Notes: generated by a model from the sequence alone, not told the origin. DNA of 64,000 bases from an uncultured Chloroflexia bacterium (GCA_963833225.1 CAWHXD010000005.1:96001-160000), one strand, 5' to 3'. Positions 20,884 through 31,433 are shown, counted from the stretch's first letter. Made by a program: numbers and translations.

Positions 20884-22679
20884 TGGGGCGGCGTGCTTCT
20901 CTCTGGCTGGTTGAGTGGCTCGGGCTCCGGCTCGCGGGAGCGTGTGGACAAGGATGCCGGAGCGGGATTCACGAGCGAGTCGCCAAGCGGTGAAGAATCG
21001 TCCACCTTTGGCGCTTCCGCTGTCGCGAGCACCCGGGGTGCCGGCCCGGCCGCGGGCTGGGCTCGCGGCGCCTCACGCATGGCCGGCTCCACGTCGATGA
21101 CCTCCCGTGGATCCCGTGGCAGCGTGACCACGAACAGGGAGCCCGCCCCCACGCGGCTCTCGACCGCGATGGTCCCGTGATGCATGTCCACGATGGACTT
21201 GGCGATGGCCAGCCCAAGGCCGGAGCCGGTGCTCCGCGCCTCGTTGTGGGCCGACCCCCGGTAGAAGCGGTCGAAGATGTGCGGCAGCTCGACGGCCGCG
21301 ATGCCGACACCCGTGTCCTCGACCTCGATCCTGGCGCCGCCGTCGGCATCGGCACGCGCCGTCACTCGCACCTCGCCCCCGCGCTCGGTGAACTTGAGAG
21401 CATTGCCGACGAGGTTGCTGACCACCTGGCCGATCCGCGGAGAGTCGTGGCGGATCCGCAGGGGGCGGTCGGGCTGCGTGATCCTGAGCCCGATGCCCCG
21501 GCGCTCGGCCGCGGCCAGCTGGTGCTCGACGGCAGACTCGATCGTGCCCCGGAGATCGTCCGGTCGGAGGTCGAGGAGTGCCAGGCCGGAGTCCAGCTTG
21601 GACAGCTCGAGCAGGTTCTGGGCGAGCCAGTCGAGCCGGTCGAGCTGCGTCGCCGACGAGCCCAGGAACTCGGCCCGTGCCGCGGGATCGACGCCGGCCG
21701 GGCCCTGGAGCAGCTCGACGAACGTCCGCATGGCCGCGATGGGGGTGCGCAGCTCGTGACTGACGTCGGCGAGAAAGTCCCGGCTCCGGTCACGGTCAGT
21801 ACGGATGATGCCGACGCTCTCCTCGAGCCGGTCGGCCATCTGGTTGAACTGGGTTGAGAGCGTCCGCAGCTCGAGCGTTCCCGACGAGAGATCGTCGGTC
21901 GCCACGCGCGAGGCGAGGTCGCCCTCGGCGAGGCGCCGCGACACGTCGGTCAGGCGCGTGATGGGCACGCTGAACCGGTGCGCGAGGAACGCCGCCACGA
22001 GCACGGCGATCAGGAACGCCGCCGCCGCCATCACGAGCAACAGCCCGTTGATCGCCGCGATCGTGGTGGCGCGGCTGGTGAACGGCTCGCTCAGGGTCGC
22101 CTCGATTCCCCAGTCCCGTTGCGTGTTCGCCCGACCCGCCGATGCCGTGGCCGGGCGGATCGCCGAATCGGGGTTCTGGCCGCGCTCCGGGTCCATCCGG
22201 GTCTCGGCCTGGAAGGAGAGCGAGCGGTCGGGCTCGGGAACGAGCGTCCCGTCCGTGTCCTGTACGGCCGGTCCGAACGAGATCTCCACCTTGGCAAGCG
22301 CAACCTCGTCGGCGACGGTCTGGAGCAGCCCGGCGTCTCGCAGCAGCACCCTGACGGCCGGGTTGAGGAGGACCTCGCCCGTCGCCGGGTCCACCCACAC
22401 GACGGGCTGGTCGTCACCGACCGCGCGGGCGATGAACAGCACCAGGATCTCGGCGGTGGCGTCGGCCCGCTCCTGGAGTCGCGTCTCCTCCTGCTGGCGG
22501 AAGAACTCGTCGAGCTTGAGCACCAGGACCGGCGCCACGAGCGTCAGCGTGAGCGCGACCACGGCCATGAACGCGAACGTGAGCCGGGTCTGGAACGACT
22601 GGGGCACCGGGCCACGCCTGCGCACGTCGCCGGTCCGGACGTGCGGCGAGCCCGCGTCCGCCTCGCGGTCGACCGTCAC
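20880..22679 (-). CDS. Sensor histidine kinase (HAMP-HisKA-HATPase)
   Basis: ADVSHELRTP, NLVGNALKF, DTGVGI, GSGLGLAI; two TM helices. Confidence 0.95.
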   Translation of the reverse strand: MTVDREADAGSPHVRTGDVRRRGPVPQSFQTRLTFAFMAVVALTLTLVAPVLVLKLDEFFRQQEETRLQERADATAEILVLFIARAVGDDQPVVWVDPATGEVLLNPAVRVLLRDAGLLQTVADEVALAKVEISFGPAVQDTDGTLVPEPDRSLSFQAETRMDPERGQNPDSAIRPATASAGRANTQRDWGIEATLSEPFTSRATTIAAINGLLLVMAAAAFLIAVLVAAFLAHRFSVPITRLTDVSRRLAEGDLASRVATDDLSSGTLELRTLSTQFNQMADRLEESVGIIRTDRDRSRDFLADVSHELRTPIAAMRTFVELLQGPAGVDPAARAEFLGSSATQLDRLDWLAQNLLELSKLDSGLALLDLRPDDLRGTIESAVEHQLAAAERRGIGLRITQPDRPLRIRHDSPRIGQVVSNLVGNALKFTERGGEVRVTARADADGGARIEVEDTGVGIAAVELPHIFDRFYRGSAHNEARSTGSGLGLAIAKSIVDMHHGTIAVESRVGAGSLFVVTLPRDPREVIDVEPAMREAPRAQPAAGPAPRVLATAEAPKVDDSSPLGDSLVNPAPASLSTRSREPEPEPLNQPERSTPPQ

Positions 22680-22680
22680 C

Positions 22681-23379
22681 TCACCGCTCGGCGAACTGGT
22701 AGCCGGCGCCCCGGACGGTCAGCACGAACTGGGGCAGGGACGGGTCGTCCTCGATCTTGTCGCGCAGGTGGCTGACGTGCACGTTGATGGTCTTCTCGTC
22801 CTGGTCGAGGGCCTCGTAGTCGCGGAGCAGCTCCAGGAGCTCGCGCCGAGTGAACACGCGACCGGGGCGGCTCGCGAGATGTCGCAGGATCTCGAACTCG
22901 GTCGCCGTCAGCCCGATCCGCCGGTTGCCCCGCTGGACGCGCCGCCGTTCGAGGTCGATGACAAGGTCACCATGGCGGATGACCCGGCCGCCCGCCGCGT
23001 TGGCGAGGTCACCGTATGCCCGGCGGAGCAGGGCCCGGATCCGGCTCATCAGCTCGCGCAGCGCAAACGGCTTGGTCACGTAGTCATCCGCGCCAAGCTC
23101 CAGTCCGACCACCTTGTCGAACTCGTCGCCGCGGGCGGTCAGGAACAGCACCGGGGCCTTCGAGCCGACCGCACGCAGGCGGCGCAACACCTCGAAGCCG
23201 TCGATGCCCGGCAGCCGCACATCGAGCAGGATGAGATCGGGGGCCTGGGTGGTGGCGAACTCAAGCCCCTCCTCGCCCGAGCGCGCCACGGTGACCTCGT
23301 ATCCCTCCTGCTGGAGGGCGTACTGGATGCCGCGCGCGACGGCGAACTCGTCTTCGACGATCAGGATGGTGGCAGCCAC
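22681..23379 (-). CDS. OmpR-family response regulator
   Basis: ILIVEDE, LLDVRLP, GADDYVTKPF, TVRGAGY. Confidence 0.96.
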   Translation of the reverse strand: MAATILIVEDEFAVARGIQYALQQEGYEVTVARSGEEGLEFATTQAPDLILLDVRLPGIDGFEVLRRLRAVGSKAPVLFLTARGDEFDKVVGLELGADDYVTKPFALRELMSRIRALLRRAYGDLANAAGGRVIRHGDLVIDLERRRVQRGNRRIGLTATEFEILRHLASRPGRVFTRRELLELLRDYEALDQDEKTINVHVSHLRDKIEDDPSLPQFVLTVRGAGYQFAER

Positions 23380-23529
23380 GACCTGGCGATCCTACACCGG
23401 GGGACGGAGAGGGGCCGTCATGGTAGCCTCCCGGTGACGCGAAAGCGGGCTGGAGGCCCGCGTTGACACGGTCCCGCCCCGCGGTGTGCGAGGGCGTGCG
23501 GGCCGCCACCACGACGAGGATCACCAGAC

Positions 23530-24195
23530 ATGCCCAACCGCCCCAGCCTCGCGGCCGCCAGCCGCACCGTGACCGGCAAGAAGGTAGCCCTTCTCCGGCG
23601 CGAGGGGCTCCTTCCGGCCGTCGTCTACGGCCACGGTACCGCCAGCGAGCCGGTCACTGTCGATGCGCATGCGTTCGAGCTTCTCCGCCGCCGCGTCGGC
23701 GCATCCACGCTCGTGGACCTCGAGGTGGACGGCAAGAAGTCACGGCCGGTCATCGTCCACGGGATCCAGGTGCACCCGATCACCCGCAAGCCGATCCACA
23801 TCGACCTGTTCGCGGTCCGGATGACCGAGGAGCTCACCGTCGAGGTCCAGCTCATCGGCAGCGGGATTGCCCCTGCGTCTGAGACCGGCGGTACGCTCGT
23901 GCACCCGGTGTCGAGCGTCAAGGTGCGAGCCCTGCCGGACAACCTGCCGGAGACGCTGCACTACGACCTCTCCACGCTCGTCGACTTCGACAGCTCGGTC
24001 ACGGTCGCGGACCTGGTGGTCCCCGACGGGGTCTCCGTCCTGGCCGAGCCCAGCGAGGTGATCGCCCGGGTGCTGCCGCCGCGCGTCGAGGTCGAGGAGG
24101 TCGAGGAGGTCGAGGGCATCGAGGGCGAGGAAGGGGCCGCCGAAGCGTCCGCCGAGGGCGCCGAGGGCGCAACCGAGGACGCCACGGAGGGCTGA
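23530..24195 (+). CDS. rplY: 50S ribosomal protein bL25 (Ctc type)
   Basis: LRREGLLPAVVYGHG, QVHPITRKPIHIDL, acidic tail. Confidence 0.95.
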   Translation: MPNRPSLAAASRTVTGKKVALLRREGLLPAVVYGHGTASEPVTVDAHAFELLRRRVGASTLVDLEVDGKKSRPVIVHGIQVHPITRKPIHIDLFAVRMTEELTVEVQLIGSGIAPASETGGTLVHPVSSVKVRALPDNLPETLHYDLSTLVDFDSSVTVADLVVPDGVSVLAEPSEVIARVLPPRVEVEEVEEVEGIEGEEGAAEASAEGAEGATEDATEG

Positions 24196-24223
24196 TGTCC
24201 CGGGGTTCGTCGCGAGGGCTCGC

Positions 24224-25051
24224 TCAGGCGCGTCCGGTGCGCCGCCCGGAGGCGATCACGACCGGCAGGCGCAGATGCAGGTCGTCCGGCGGGAGCGCGC
24301 GCAGCCGCCCCAGCAGGTCCGTCTCGAGCGCGATCCGTGCCTGTGGTTCCAGCGTCGCGAACAGGTCCTCGTCGTCGAAGCTCGCCAGGAACGCGAGGTA
24401 GGACTCCGGCGTGTACCGGTGGTCCACCTCGGTCTGGGTGGCGACCACCTCGCCGAATCCCGCCCGGCGCAGGCGCGCGGCGGCGTCCCTCGGCGACCGC
24501 GGATCGTTGCCCTGACCGCCTCCGCCCCCGGGTGGCTCCAGGTCCGCCGCGACGAGGGCGTCGGCGTAGGCGTCGTCGGCCCGAAGCGAGCCGCCGGCGA
24601 GCCAGGTCGCGAACACCAGCATCGCCTCCGGTCGCAGCACCCGTCGACCCTCGCGCAGGACCCGATGTGCGCTCGGCACCAGCTGGAGCACGAAGCCCGA
24701 CACGACGACGTCGAACGTCCCGTCCGCGAACGGAACCTGGTCAGCCGACGCCCGGACGAGGTCGATCCGATCGCGCGCTGCCGGAGGCAGGGCCGATAGC
24801 TCCCGCTCCGCCACGTCCAGCATCCCGGCCGAGACGTCGACACCGGTCACTCGCGCAGCCGGCCAGCGGCTGACGGCGGCGGCAGCCAGGGCCCCTGTGC
24901 CGCAGCCGAGGTCCAGGATCCGGGTCGCGCCAGACTCAACCTCCGGGGCGATCACATCGAGCATGGCAATCGTGGCAGGCCGGTGGATGGGGGACCACCA
25001 CCGTGCATACCCCTCCGCGATCCGGTCGTACCGCGCCTCCTGGTCCGTCAT
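24224..25051 (-). CDS. Class I SAM-dependent methyltransferase
   Basis: ILDLGCGTG, GVDVSAGML, PFADGTFDVV. Confidence 0.9.
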   Translation of the reverse strand: MTDQEARYDRIAEGYARWWSPIHRPATIAMLDVIAPEVESGATRILDLGCGTGALAAAAVSRWPAARVTGVDVSAGMLDVAERELSALPPAARDRIDLVRASADQVPFADGTFDVVVSGFVLQLVPSAHRVLREGRRVLRPEAMLVFATWLAGGSLRADDAYADALVAADLEPPGGGGGQGNDPRSPRDAAARLRRAGFGEVVATQTEVDHRYTPESYLAFLASFDDEDLFATLEPQARIALETDLLGRLRALPPDDLHLRLPVVIASGRRTGRA

Positions 25052-25218
25052 GCTGCAATCGTGCCATGCTGGAATCAGGCCCTTCGGCCCGCTGGCGCGG
25101 TCCGCGGGCCGCTGTCCGTGGCAGGCGGCGTGGGAGATGCTTCCTGCCTGAAAGGCATTCGCGCGCCTGTGCCAGTCGATCGGGCTGCCGGCGCCGGGGG
25201 CCCGCAAGGAGCTCGAGA

Positions 25219-25620
25219 GTGAAGAAGATCCTGCTCGCCTACGACGGCGGGGAGCCCGCGAGGCGCGCGCTCGACCAGACGGTCGAGCTGGCCAAGGTGT
25301 TCGACGCCCACGTCGGCGTCGTGAGCGTCGTTCCCGGCCGCCCGGGCCGCGCGCCCGTCGATCCCTGGGATGACCGGACCGTGCATGCGGAGGAGCTCCT
25401 GGAGGCCAGACGGCTGATGCGCGAGGCTGGCATCGAGGTCGACCTCCTGGAGCCGGGCGGTGACGTGGCCACGACCATCGAGCGCGTGGCCGACGAGCAC
25501 GGATACGACACCATCGTCGTGGGAACCCGCGGCCTTGGCAGCCTCGCCAAGGTGTTCCAGGGCAGCGTCTCGGAGCACGTGGCGACCCATGCTCACGCGA
25601 CCGTCGTCGTCGCGCGCTGA
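25219..25620 (+). CDS. Universal stress protein
   Basis: KKILLAYDG, IVVGTRG, GSVSEHVATHA; AAGGAG RBS before GTG. Confidence 0.92.
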   Translation: MKKILLAYDGGEPARRALDQTVELAKVFDAHVGVVSVVPGRPGRAPVDPWDDRTVHAEELLEARRLMREAGIEVDLLEPGGDVATTIERVADEHGYDTIVVGTRGLGSLAKVFQGSVSEHVATHAHATVVVAR

Positions 25621-25621
25621 C

Positions 25622-27370
25622 ATGCTGACCCCCACCGGTCCCCGCGGCCACACCCACCGACTGTCGCGGGCGGTTCTCGAGTCCCTGCGCACCGGGGTCG
25701 GGCCGGCGCCGATCATCCTTCGGGGCATGGCGCTCCTCGCCGATCCCGTGCTCAACAAGGACGCCGCCTTCACCGACGGGGAGCGGGAGGCGCTGGGGAT
25801 TCGCGGCCTGCTCCCGCCCCGCGTCGTCGATATGGAGCACCAGGTGTCCCTCGAGCTCGAGCACGTGCGCCGCAAGGCGGACGACCTCGAGCGCTACATC
25901 GGCCTTGCCGCCCTGCAGGACCGCAACGAGACCCTGTTCCACCGCGTGCTGCTCGAGCACCTCGAGGAGCTGCTGCCCATCGTCTACACGCCGACGGTCG
26001 GGCTGGCCTGCCAGGGATTCAGCCACCTCTGGAGGCGGCCGCGCGGCGTCTGGATCACGCCTGACGACCTGGACCGCATCCCAGAGCTGCTGCGCAACGC
26101 GGCGCGTGACGAGATCCGGTTGATCGTGGTGACCGACAACGAGCGGATCCTGGGGCTCGGGGATCAGGGCGCGGGTGGCATGCCGATCCCGGTCGGCAAG
26201 CTGGCGCTCTATTCCGCCGCGGCCGGGATCCACCCCGGTCTCACGCTGCCGGTCTCGCTCGACGTCGGGACCGATCGCGTCGAGCTGCTCTCGGACCCGC
26301 TGTATGTCGGCTGGCGCCATCCCCGGTTGCGAGGCGAGGCGTACGACGAGGTCGTGGAGGCCTTCGTCGCCGGCGTCCGCGAGGTGCTGCCGCGTGCGGT
26401 TCTCCAGTGGGAGGACTTCAAGCAGCACAACGCGATCCGGCTGCTCCACCGCTACCGCGAGTGGGTCTGCTCGTTCAACGACGATATCCAGGGCACGGCG
26501 TCGCTCGCGGTGGCAGGAATCCTGGCCGCCCTCCGTTCGACCGGCCGGACGCTCGAAGGCACCCGCTACGTGCTCGCCGGCGCGGGCGCCGCGGGGACCG
26601 GGATCGCGCGGCTCCTGCGCGTGGCAATGATGGAAGCGGGGGTGCCGCCGGACGAGGTGCGGGCGTCGATCGCGATGCTCGACTCGAAGGGGCTCCTGAT
26701 CGAAGGCCGCCCGGGTCTCGATGACGACAAGGCCGAGGCGGCGTTGCCGCGCGACGTCGCGGAGTCGCTGGGTCTTGACCCGGACAAGCAGCACCAGCTG
26801 CTCGAGGTGGTCGAGGCGATGAAGCCAGACGTGCTGCTTGGGACCACCGGCATCGGTGGGGCGTTCCGCGAGGAGGCCATCCGCGCGATGGCCGCGCACT
26901 GCGAGCGGCCGATCGTCCTGCCGCTCTCCAATCCCACCGCCAACACCGAAGCCCGACCGGCCGATGTCCTCGCCTGGACCGATGGCCGGGCGATCGTGGC
27001 CACAGGCAGCCCGTTCGCCCCGGTGGAGATCGGCGGCCGGATCCACCGGATTCCGCAGGCCAACAACGCCTACGTGTTCCCGGGGATGGGTCTCGGCGCC
27101 ATCGTGTCCGAGGCCCGGATCCTGCCGGATTCGGTGTTCCTCGTGGCGGCCCGACGACTCGCGGACCTGACGAAGCCGGAAGCGCTGGCGGCCGGCGAGC
27201 TGTACCCGCCCATCGACGGCCTGCGCATGGTTGCCCGCGAGATCGCGATCGCCGTCGTGGGCCACCTCGGAGAGCTGGGGGTGGGGCGACGGTTCCAGGC
27301 GAGCGCGATCCCGGGGGCAGTCGACGCCGCGATGTGGCAGCCAGCCTACGTTCCTTACGAGGCGGTCTGA
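25622..27370 (+). CDS. maeA: NAD-dependent malic enzyme
   Basis: LPIVYTPTVG, ERILGLGDQG, QWEDF, FNDDIQGT, GAGAAG, PLSNPT, QANNAYVFPG. Confidence 0.93.
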   Translation: MLTPTGPRGHTHRLSRAVLESLRTGVGPAPIILRGMALLADPVLNKDAAFTDGEREALGIRGLLPPRVVDMEHQVSLELEHVRRKADDLERYIGLAALQDRNETLFHRVLLEHLEELLPIVYTPTVGLACQGFSHLWRRPRGVWITPDDLDRIPELLRNAARDEIRLIVVTDNERILGLGDQGAGGMPIPVGKLALYSAAAGIHPGLTLPVSLDVGTDRVELLSDPLYVGWRHPRLRGEAYDEVVEAFVAGVREVLPRAVLQWEDFKQHNAIRLLHRYREWVCSFNDDIQGTASLAVAGILAALRSTGRTLEGTRYVLAGAGAAGTGIARLLRVAMMEAGVPPDEVRASIAMLDSKGLLIEGRPGLDDDKAEAALPRDVAESLGLDPDKQHQLLEVVEAMKPDVLLGTTGIGGAFREEAIRAMAAHCERPIVLPLSNPTANTEARPADVLAWTDGRAIVATGSPFAPVEIGGRIHRIPQANNAYVFPGMGLGAIVSEARILPDSVFLVAARRLADLTKPEALAAGELYPPIDGLRMVAREIAIAVVGHLGELGVGRRFQASAIPGAVDAAMWQPAYVPYEAV

Positions 27371-27498
27371 GGCTCACCTGAGGCAGCCCGGGGACGCCTT
27401 CCCGGGGTAGGGCGCGACGCGCGAGACGCCACACGCCCGCGTGTCCGGCCGTCTCGCTGCCGGCCGGCCCCGCCCCCCGGCTCGCACGGAGCTCCTCC

Positions 27499-29163
27499 AT
27501 GTCGCCTCTCGTCCGTGGGATCGTGCTGCTCGCGCTCGCCGTGGGCGTCCTGTTCGATGTCCTCGTTCCAGGCAACGCCGCTGGCCTGAACGCACCGCTG
27601 CTCATGGCCGCGTTGCTCGGAGCAGCGGTGGTCACCGCAGGCCGCGCGGGGCTGGCACGCATGGATCCGGCAGACGCCTGGCTTGGCCCGGGCGCCCTCG
27701 TCCTCGCGTCGATGAGCGTGCTCCGTGCCGACGACTGGCTCGTGACGGTGGACCTCCTGCTCGCCGTGGCGCTGGCCGTCGGGGCGATCGGATGCCTCGC
27801 GGGTGGTCGCATCACCCGAGGTCTCGTGCCGCGCATCCTGGAGCTGACCGTGGGCGCTGTGGCCGCTTCGGGGATCGGCGCCGCTGCCGTGCTGACGGTG
27901 AAGCGCCCGGCGACCGAGGCGCGCGTCGCCGTGGCGCCGCCATCGCGTCTCCGCAGCCGTCTCGCCCGTGTCGCTCCGGTGGCCCGAGGCCTGGTCATCG
28001 CGGTTCCCGTGGTGGCCGTGTTCATCGCGTTGTTCGCGTCGGCCGACGCGGTCTTCGCTCGCATCGCCTCGGACGTCCTGTCGTGGCAGCCGGACGTCGA
28101 TCTCGAGGACCTGGTCGGGCGTGCGCTCCTGGTCACGCTTGTCGCCTGGGGTGCCACGGGGCTGCTGGGTCTCGGAGCCGGCCTGCTGCCATCGTTCGCA
28201 TCGGCGTCGCCGGCCCCGGGTGCGTCATCGGCCGCACCGCCTGACCCGGATGGGAGCGCTGCCTCTGGAGCGGTGGGTCCCGGCGGTCCGCCCGCTCCCC
28301 CCTTGGCGTGGGGAGTGCCGGGCCCCGGCTGGGAATCCACGACCGCGGATCGCGCCCCTCTCCGGATGGGTATCGTGGAGGCAACCACCGTCCTGCTCGT
28401 GGTTGACGCCTTGTTCGCGATCTTCGTCGCGCTCCAGCTCGCCTGGCTGTTTGGCGGTCGCGACACCCTGGCGATGACCGGGCTGACCTATGCGGAGTAC
28501 GCGCGGCGCGGCTTCTTCGACCTCGTGATCGTCGCGCTGCTCGCGGGACTGCTCGTGGTGACGCTCGATCTGGCGGTCGCCCGCCGGACCCGCCTCGAGC
28601 TGACGGGTGCGATGGTGCTGCTCGGGCTGACCGCCGTGATCCTCGTGTCGGCATTCCTCCGGCTGCGCCTCTACCAGGACGCCTACGGCTGGACCGAGCT
28701 CCGGTTCGTGGTCCTGGTGGCGATCCTGTGGCTCGGCGCCGCGCTCGCGCTGGCGGCGGGCCTGCTGGTTGCGCGCCGGACGGGGTGGGTGCTCCACGGA
28801 CTGGGGATCGCGGTCCTGATGGCGGTCACGGTGATGAACGTGGTGGGCCCGCAGGCGTTCGTCGCGGAGCGGAACCTGGAGCGCGCGATCAACCCACTGC
28901 TGGTCCCGCCGGGTGGTCGGACTGGCCTCGACGCCGCCTACCTCGAGGAGCTGGGCGACGAGGCGGTGATCCCGATCGTTGACGCCTGGACGCAGCTGGG
29001 CGATGCCGACCGGGCTTCGCTCGAGCCGGTGCTTCAGGTGCGCAAGCGCCGGCTCGCCCACGAGAACCAGTACCAGGGCTGGCCCGCGTGGAACCTCACC
29101 CGGGAGCGGGCCCGCGGGGCGTTGCAGTCGTGGGAGGCGGCAACGGGTACCGCCTCCCACTGA
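27499..29163 (+). CDS. DUF4153/DUF4173-like membrane protein
   Basis: LFASADAVF, TYAEYARRGFF, RLRLYQDAYGWTELR, LDAAYL. Confidence 0.85.
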   Translation: MSPLVRGIVLLALAVGVLFDVLVPGNAAGLNAPLLMAALLGAAVVTAGRAGLARMDPADAWLGPGALVLASMSVLRADDWLVTVDLLLAVALAVGAIGCLAGGRITRGLVPRILELTVGAVAASGIGAAAVLTVKRPATEARVAVAPPSRLRSRLARVAPVARGLVIAVPVVAVFIALFASADAVFARIASDVLSWQPDVDLEDLVGRALLVTLVAWGATGLLGLGAGLLPSFASASPAPGASSAAPPDPDGSAASGAVGPGGPPAPPLAWGVPGPGWESTTADRAPLRMGIVEATTVLLVVDALFAIFVALQLAWLFGGRDTLAMTGLTYAEYARRGFFDLVIVALLAGLLVVTLDLAVARRTRLELTGAMVLLGLTAVILVSAFLRLRLYQDAYGWTELRFVVLVAILWLGAALALAAGLLVARRTGWVLHGLGIAVLMAVTVMNVVGPQAFVAERNLERAINPLLVPPGGRTGLDAAYLEELGDEAVIPIVDAWTQLGDADRASLEPVLQVRKRRLAHENQYQGWPAWNLTRERARGALQSWEAATGTASH

Positions 29164-29180
29164 GCGTCATTTGCGGCCGG

Positions 29181-30161
29181 TCAGCCCTCTCCACCGCCCC
29201 AGCCGGCGATCGGGCCGCCGGGATTGGCGGGGCCGCTGAGCCGCCTCGGCGAGAACCGGCGGTACGCCCAGCGCGCGATGAGCGCGATCACCAGCAGGAC
29301 GAGAATGACCGGGAGCCAGACGATGCCGAACCAGATCGCGCCGGACACGATCGCCTGACCGGCCTCGATCAGGGTGGCGGTCGCGCCGTCCACGTCCTTG
29401 GCCGGGTCCCAGCCCTTGGCCGTCTGCTGGACCTGCACGACTTCGGTGCCGAACGTGGTCACCAGCGTCCCGTAGGACACCTGGTCCTCGAGCTGTGCCC
29501 GCTGGGCGTCGATCCGCTCGATCTCGCCCCGGACGTCGGAGATCCGCGCCTGGACCTCGAGCAGGTCGCTGACCTTGCCGGTGCCGCTGGCGATCTGGAC
29601 CAGCACCGCCTCGGAGGCTCGCAGGTTCCGCAGCCGGGCCTCGAGGTCCACGATCTGGCTGCCGACCTCCGTCGCCTGCGTCTGGCCGCCGACAACCTTG
29701 GCCGCGAGGCCGCGCAGCGCCTCGACCGTCTCGTCCCAGCGCTGGGCCGGGATGCGGTACGTGATGGTGGCCACGGAGTACTGGTCGTCGTTGCGTTCCT
29801 GGGAGGCGCCGATGTAGCCGCCGACCGCGAGGACAGCGGTCCTTGCCTTTGCCAGGGCCGCCTGGAGGTCGTCGACCACGAGGTCGAGCGAGCCCGTGTA
29901 CACGATCTTGCGGTTGTCCGGGAGCGGCGCGGAAAGCGGCTGCTCGCCATTGGAGCCCAGCTCGGGGCCGGACCCGTCGTTGGGGCCTTCGGCCGGGGCG
30001 GCGGAGGGAGCGGCGTACTCGCCGTCCCCACCGTTGACCGGGCCACCCACCGTCGAGAGGATGGTGGCCGTGCCTCCGCCACAAGCCGCGAAGGCGATCG
30101 CCAGGACCACGAGCGGGAGCAGGACGCGGAGCCAGCGGCTCCGCCGCACGGTTGTCGTCAT
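29181..30161 (-). CDS. DUF4349-like lipoprotein
   Basis: Lipobox FAAC; RKIVYTGSLDL; coiled coil DLEARLRNL..LLEVQARISDVRGEIE; C-terminal TM. Confidence 0.85.
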   Translation of the reverse strand: MTTTVRRSRWLRVLLPLVVLAIAFAACGGGTATILSTVGGPVNGGDGEYAAPSAAPAEGPNDGSGPELGSNGEQPLSAPLPDNRKIVYTGSLDLVVDDLQAALAKARTAVLAVGGYIGASQERNDDQYSVATITYRIPAQRWDETVEALRGLAAKVVGGQTQATEVGSQIVDLEARLRNLRASEAVLVQIASGTGKVSDLLEVQARISDVRGEIERIDAQRAQLEDQVSYGTLVTTFGTEVVQVQQTAKGWDPAKDVDGATATLIEAGQAIVSGAIWFGIVWLPVILVLLVIALIARWAYRRFSPRRLSGPANPGGPIAGWGGGEG

Positions 30162-30239
30162 CGTTCCCCACCTGCGTTTCGAATGGCACGCGATGTCGCG
30201 CGTGCTACGGGGTGCCGCACAGACCGGCGGCTCTGCGGG

Positions 30240-30265
30240 GACGCGGCCCGGGGGACACGGGTTCC
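30240..30265 (-). promoter_or_regulatory. Putative ECF-sigma promoter of the DUF4349 gene
   Basis: Minus strand GGAAC-N17-CGTC. Confidence 0.5.
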
Positions 30266-30344
30266 GAGCCAGCGGCATCGTACGCCCGTGGCGCAACCCT
30301 GCCACGGGCCAACTGGTGGTGCCCCGGCGCGGTATCGTGCCGTC

Positions 30345-31433
30345 ATGGCCCTCTCGTTCAAGCCCCCCATCGAGCCCATGCTGGCCAAGGCGTCAGAGGC
30401 ACTTCCCGAGGGCGACGGCTGGCTGTTCGAGCCCAAGTGGGACGGCTTCCGCGCGCTCGTGTTCCGGGACGGCGACGAAGTCTACACGCAGAGCCGTGAC
30501 CTCAAGCCGCTCGACCGGTACTTCCCGGAGCTCGCCGCCCCGTTCCGGGAACAGCTCCCCGAGCGCTGCGTCCTCGATGGCGAGGTGGTGATCGCTCGCG
30601 ACGGGACGCTCGACTTCGAGGCGCTCCTGCTGCGCATCCACCCGGCGGAGTCACGGGTCCGGATGCTTGCGGCCGAGACGCCGGCGAGTTTCGTGGCCTG
30701 GGACCTCCTGGCGCTGGGCGACCAGGACCTGCGTGCCGTGCCGCAGGGCGAGCGACGCAACCGCCTGGTCGAGGCGCTGGCCGACGTTCGCCCGCCGATC
30801 CACCTCACGCCCGCGACGCTGGATCGCGCGCTGGCCGCCGACTGGTTCGACCGGTTCGAGGGCGCCGGTCTGGACGGCGTGGTGGCGAAGCGCCTCGAGG
30901 GCACGTACCAGCCGGGCAAGCGGGCGATGCTCAAGATCAAGCATGGCCGGACGGCCGATTGCGTGGTCGCCGGGTTCCGGTGGCACAAGAACGGGCCCGG
31001 GACGCACGTTGGGAGCCTCCTGCTCGGGCTGTTCGATGATGCCGCGAAGCTGCATCACGTGGGGGTCACGTCGTCGTTCACGTGGGACCGGCGCGCCGCG
31101 CTGGTCGAGGAGTTGGCGCCGCTCCGCGAGGGCGCGCTCGACGGGCACCCGTGGTCGGAGTGGGCCGAGTGGGCATCCGCCGGCACCGACGGGTCCGGGC
31201 AGCGGCTGCCCGGAGCCGGATCCCGGTGGAACCGCGGCAAGGACCTCTCGTGGGAGGTGCTCCGCTGCGAGCGGGTCGCCGAGGTTGGCTACGACCACCT
31301 CCAGGGTGACCGGTTCCGGCACGCGACGACGTTCAAGCGGTGGCGGCCGGACAAGGCCCCGTCGGACTGCCGGTACGACCAGCTCGAGACCACGGTGCCG
31401 TTCGAGCTCGCCCGCATCTTCAGGGCCGGCTGA
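30345..31433 (+). CDS. ligC: ATP-dependent DNA ligase (LigC type)
   Basis: PMLAK, FEPKWDGFR, LDGEVV, GLDGVVAK, MLKIKH, GDRFRH..WRPDK. Confidence 0.92.
   Translation: MALSFKPPIEPMLAKASEALPEGDGWLFEPKWDGFRALVFRDGDEVYTQSRDLKPLDRYFPELAAPFREQLPERCVLDGEVVIARDGTLDFEALLLRIHPAESRVRMLAAETPASFVAWDLLALGDQDLRAVPQGERRNRLVEALADVRPPIHLTPATLDRALAADWFDRFEGAGLDGVVAKRLEGTYQPGKRAMLKIKHGRTADCVVAGFRWHKNGPGTHVGSLLLGLFDDAAKLHHVGVTSSFTWDRRAALVEELAPLREGALDGHPWSEWAEWASAGTDGSGQRLPGAGSRWNRGKDLSWEVLRCERVAEVGYDHLQGDRFRHATTFKRWRPDKAPSDCRYDQLETTVPFELARIFRAG

Noticed and set aside
24224-27265. 1013-aa minus-strand ORF
   Set aside because: It is mostly the antisense shadow of maeA and USP; only 24224..25051 encodes a recognisable methyltransferase.
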